Shown in pieces: positions 46,532 through 47,201 of a stretch of 47,201 bases of DNA. Within the stretch, counting starts at the first letter, position 1. Every line of letters begins with the position of its first letter. A program made the position numbers and the translations under genes. Location of the stretch: the NCBI GenBank assembly GCA_937893495.1, contig CALBIE010000591.1, positions 1 through 47,201 of the forward strand, in the 5' to 3' direction. The notes beneath the pieces are model-generated. The model had not been told where the DNA came from. It ran no database searches and saw only the letters and a program-made list of their open reading frames with translations. Source of the stretch: an uncultured Verrucomicrobiales bacterium. Its GTDB lineage: Bacteria > Verrucomicrobiota > Verrucomicrobiia > Limisphaerales > JAYPXF01.

Positions 46532-47201
46532 ATGAGCGATAAAAAATTTAATGTGGCAATTGTCGGGCTGGGTTTCGGCGCGGAATTCATCCCGATTCAC
46601 CAGGCTCATCCCAATGCCAACCTCGTGGCCGTCTGCCGTCGCAACGAGGCCGAGATGAACAAGATTGCCGATCACTTCGACATTCCCAAGCGGTTCACCG
46701 ACTACGACGAATTGCTCAAGGATCCGGAGATTGACGCCGTACACATCAATTCCCCGATCCCCGACCACGCGCCGCAATCGCTCAAGGCTCTCCGCGCGGG
46801 CAAGCACGTTATGTGTACGGTGCCAATGGCCACGACCATTGAGGAGTGCGAACAGATTTGCAAAGCCGTCAAGGAAACCGGCCTCAAGTACATGATGGCC
46901 GAGACCGTCGTTTACAGTCGCGAATTCCTTTTCATCAAAGAACTCTACGACAAGGGCGAACTCGGCAAGCTGCAATACTTGGCCGCCAGTCACCCGCAGG
47001 ACATGGACGGCTGGCCGTCGTATTGGGAAAAAATGATTCCCATGCACTACGCCACCCACGTTGTCAGCCCGTGCCTTGGCATGGTCGATGGCAAGGCGGA
47101 ATACGTGAGTTGCTTCGGGAGCGGCACCGTGCGGGATGACATTGCCAAAAAAAGCGGCAACAAGTTCGCCGTCGAAACCTGCCACATTAAAATCAAGGAC
47201 T
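46532..47201 (+). CDS. Gfo/Idh/MocA family oxidoreductase (3'-truncated by window edge)
   Basis: Translated by hand: MSDKKFNVAIVGLGFG, DPEIDAVHINSP, AGKHVMCTVPMA; open to the window end. Confidence 0.9.
   Translation, partial: MSDKKFNVAIVGLGFGAEFIPIHQAHPNANLVAVCRRNEAEMNKIADHFDIPKRFTDYDELLKDPEIDAVHINSPIPDHAPQSLKALRAGKHVMCTVPMATTIEECEQICKAVKETGLKYMMAETVVYSREFLFIKELYDKGELGKLQYLAASHPQDMDGWPSYWEKMIPMHYATHVVSPCLGMVDGKAEYVSCFGSGTVRDDIAKKSGNKFAVETCHIKIKD

Noticed and set aside
46439-47185. 248-aa minus-strand ORF
   Set aside because: Antisense to the Gfo/Idh/MocA gene, which the ORF track missed because it has no stop in the window.

Overview
GC-rich bacterial chromosomal segment. Gene content and repeat style suggest Verrucomicrobiota; this is inference. 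Left to right: partial FAD oxidoreductase, DUF4105 protein, aroE-pilD, a TolB-like/PHP-type metallohydrolase, and a ~1.2 kb pile-up of decayed toxin-antitoxin-like genes (antitoxin and PIN fragments, then a leaderless small ORF coupled to a nucleotidyltransferase inactivated by two point lesions). Next come four overlapping tandem YfhO-family (GT-C type) membrane glycosyltransferase paralogs, two with REP-like palindromes inserted in frame in the same loop, followed by a repeat patch with an orphan integron-cassette-like gene and an esterase. A ~16 kb Wzy-type exopolysaccharide locus follows: PLDc_N-like protein, outer-membrane beta-barrel, an unusual OPX/Wza with a duplicated helical domain, Wzc, GT2/GT4s, Wzy-like protein, GNAT and deacetylase-like genes, with no Wzx or priming transferase in view. 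The window ends with a sulfatase, chrA, mutT, ugd, a TPR protein, a cysteine desulfurase, a hypothetical protein and a partial Gfo/Idh/MocA oxidoreductase. No rRNA, tRNA, CRISPR array, transposase or integrase was seen. All family calls come from motif recognition, not database searches.
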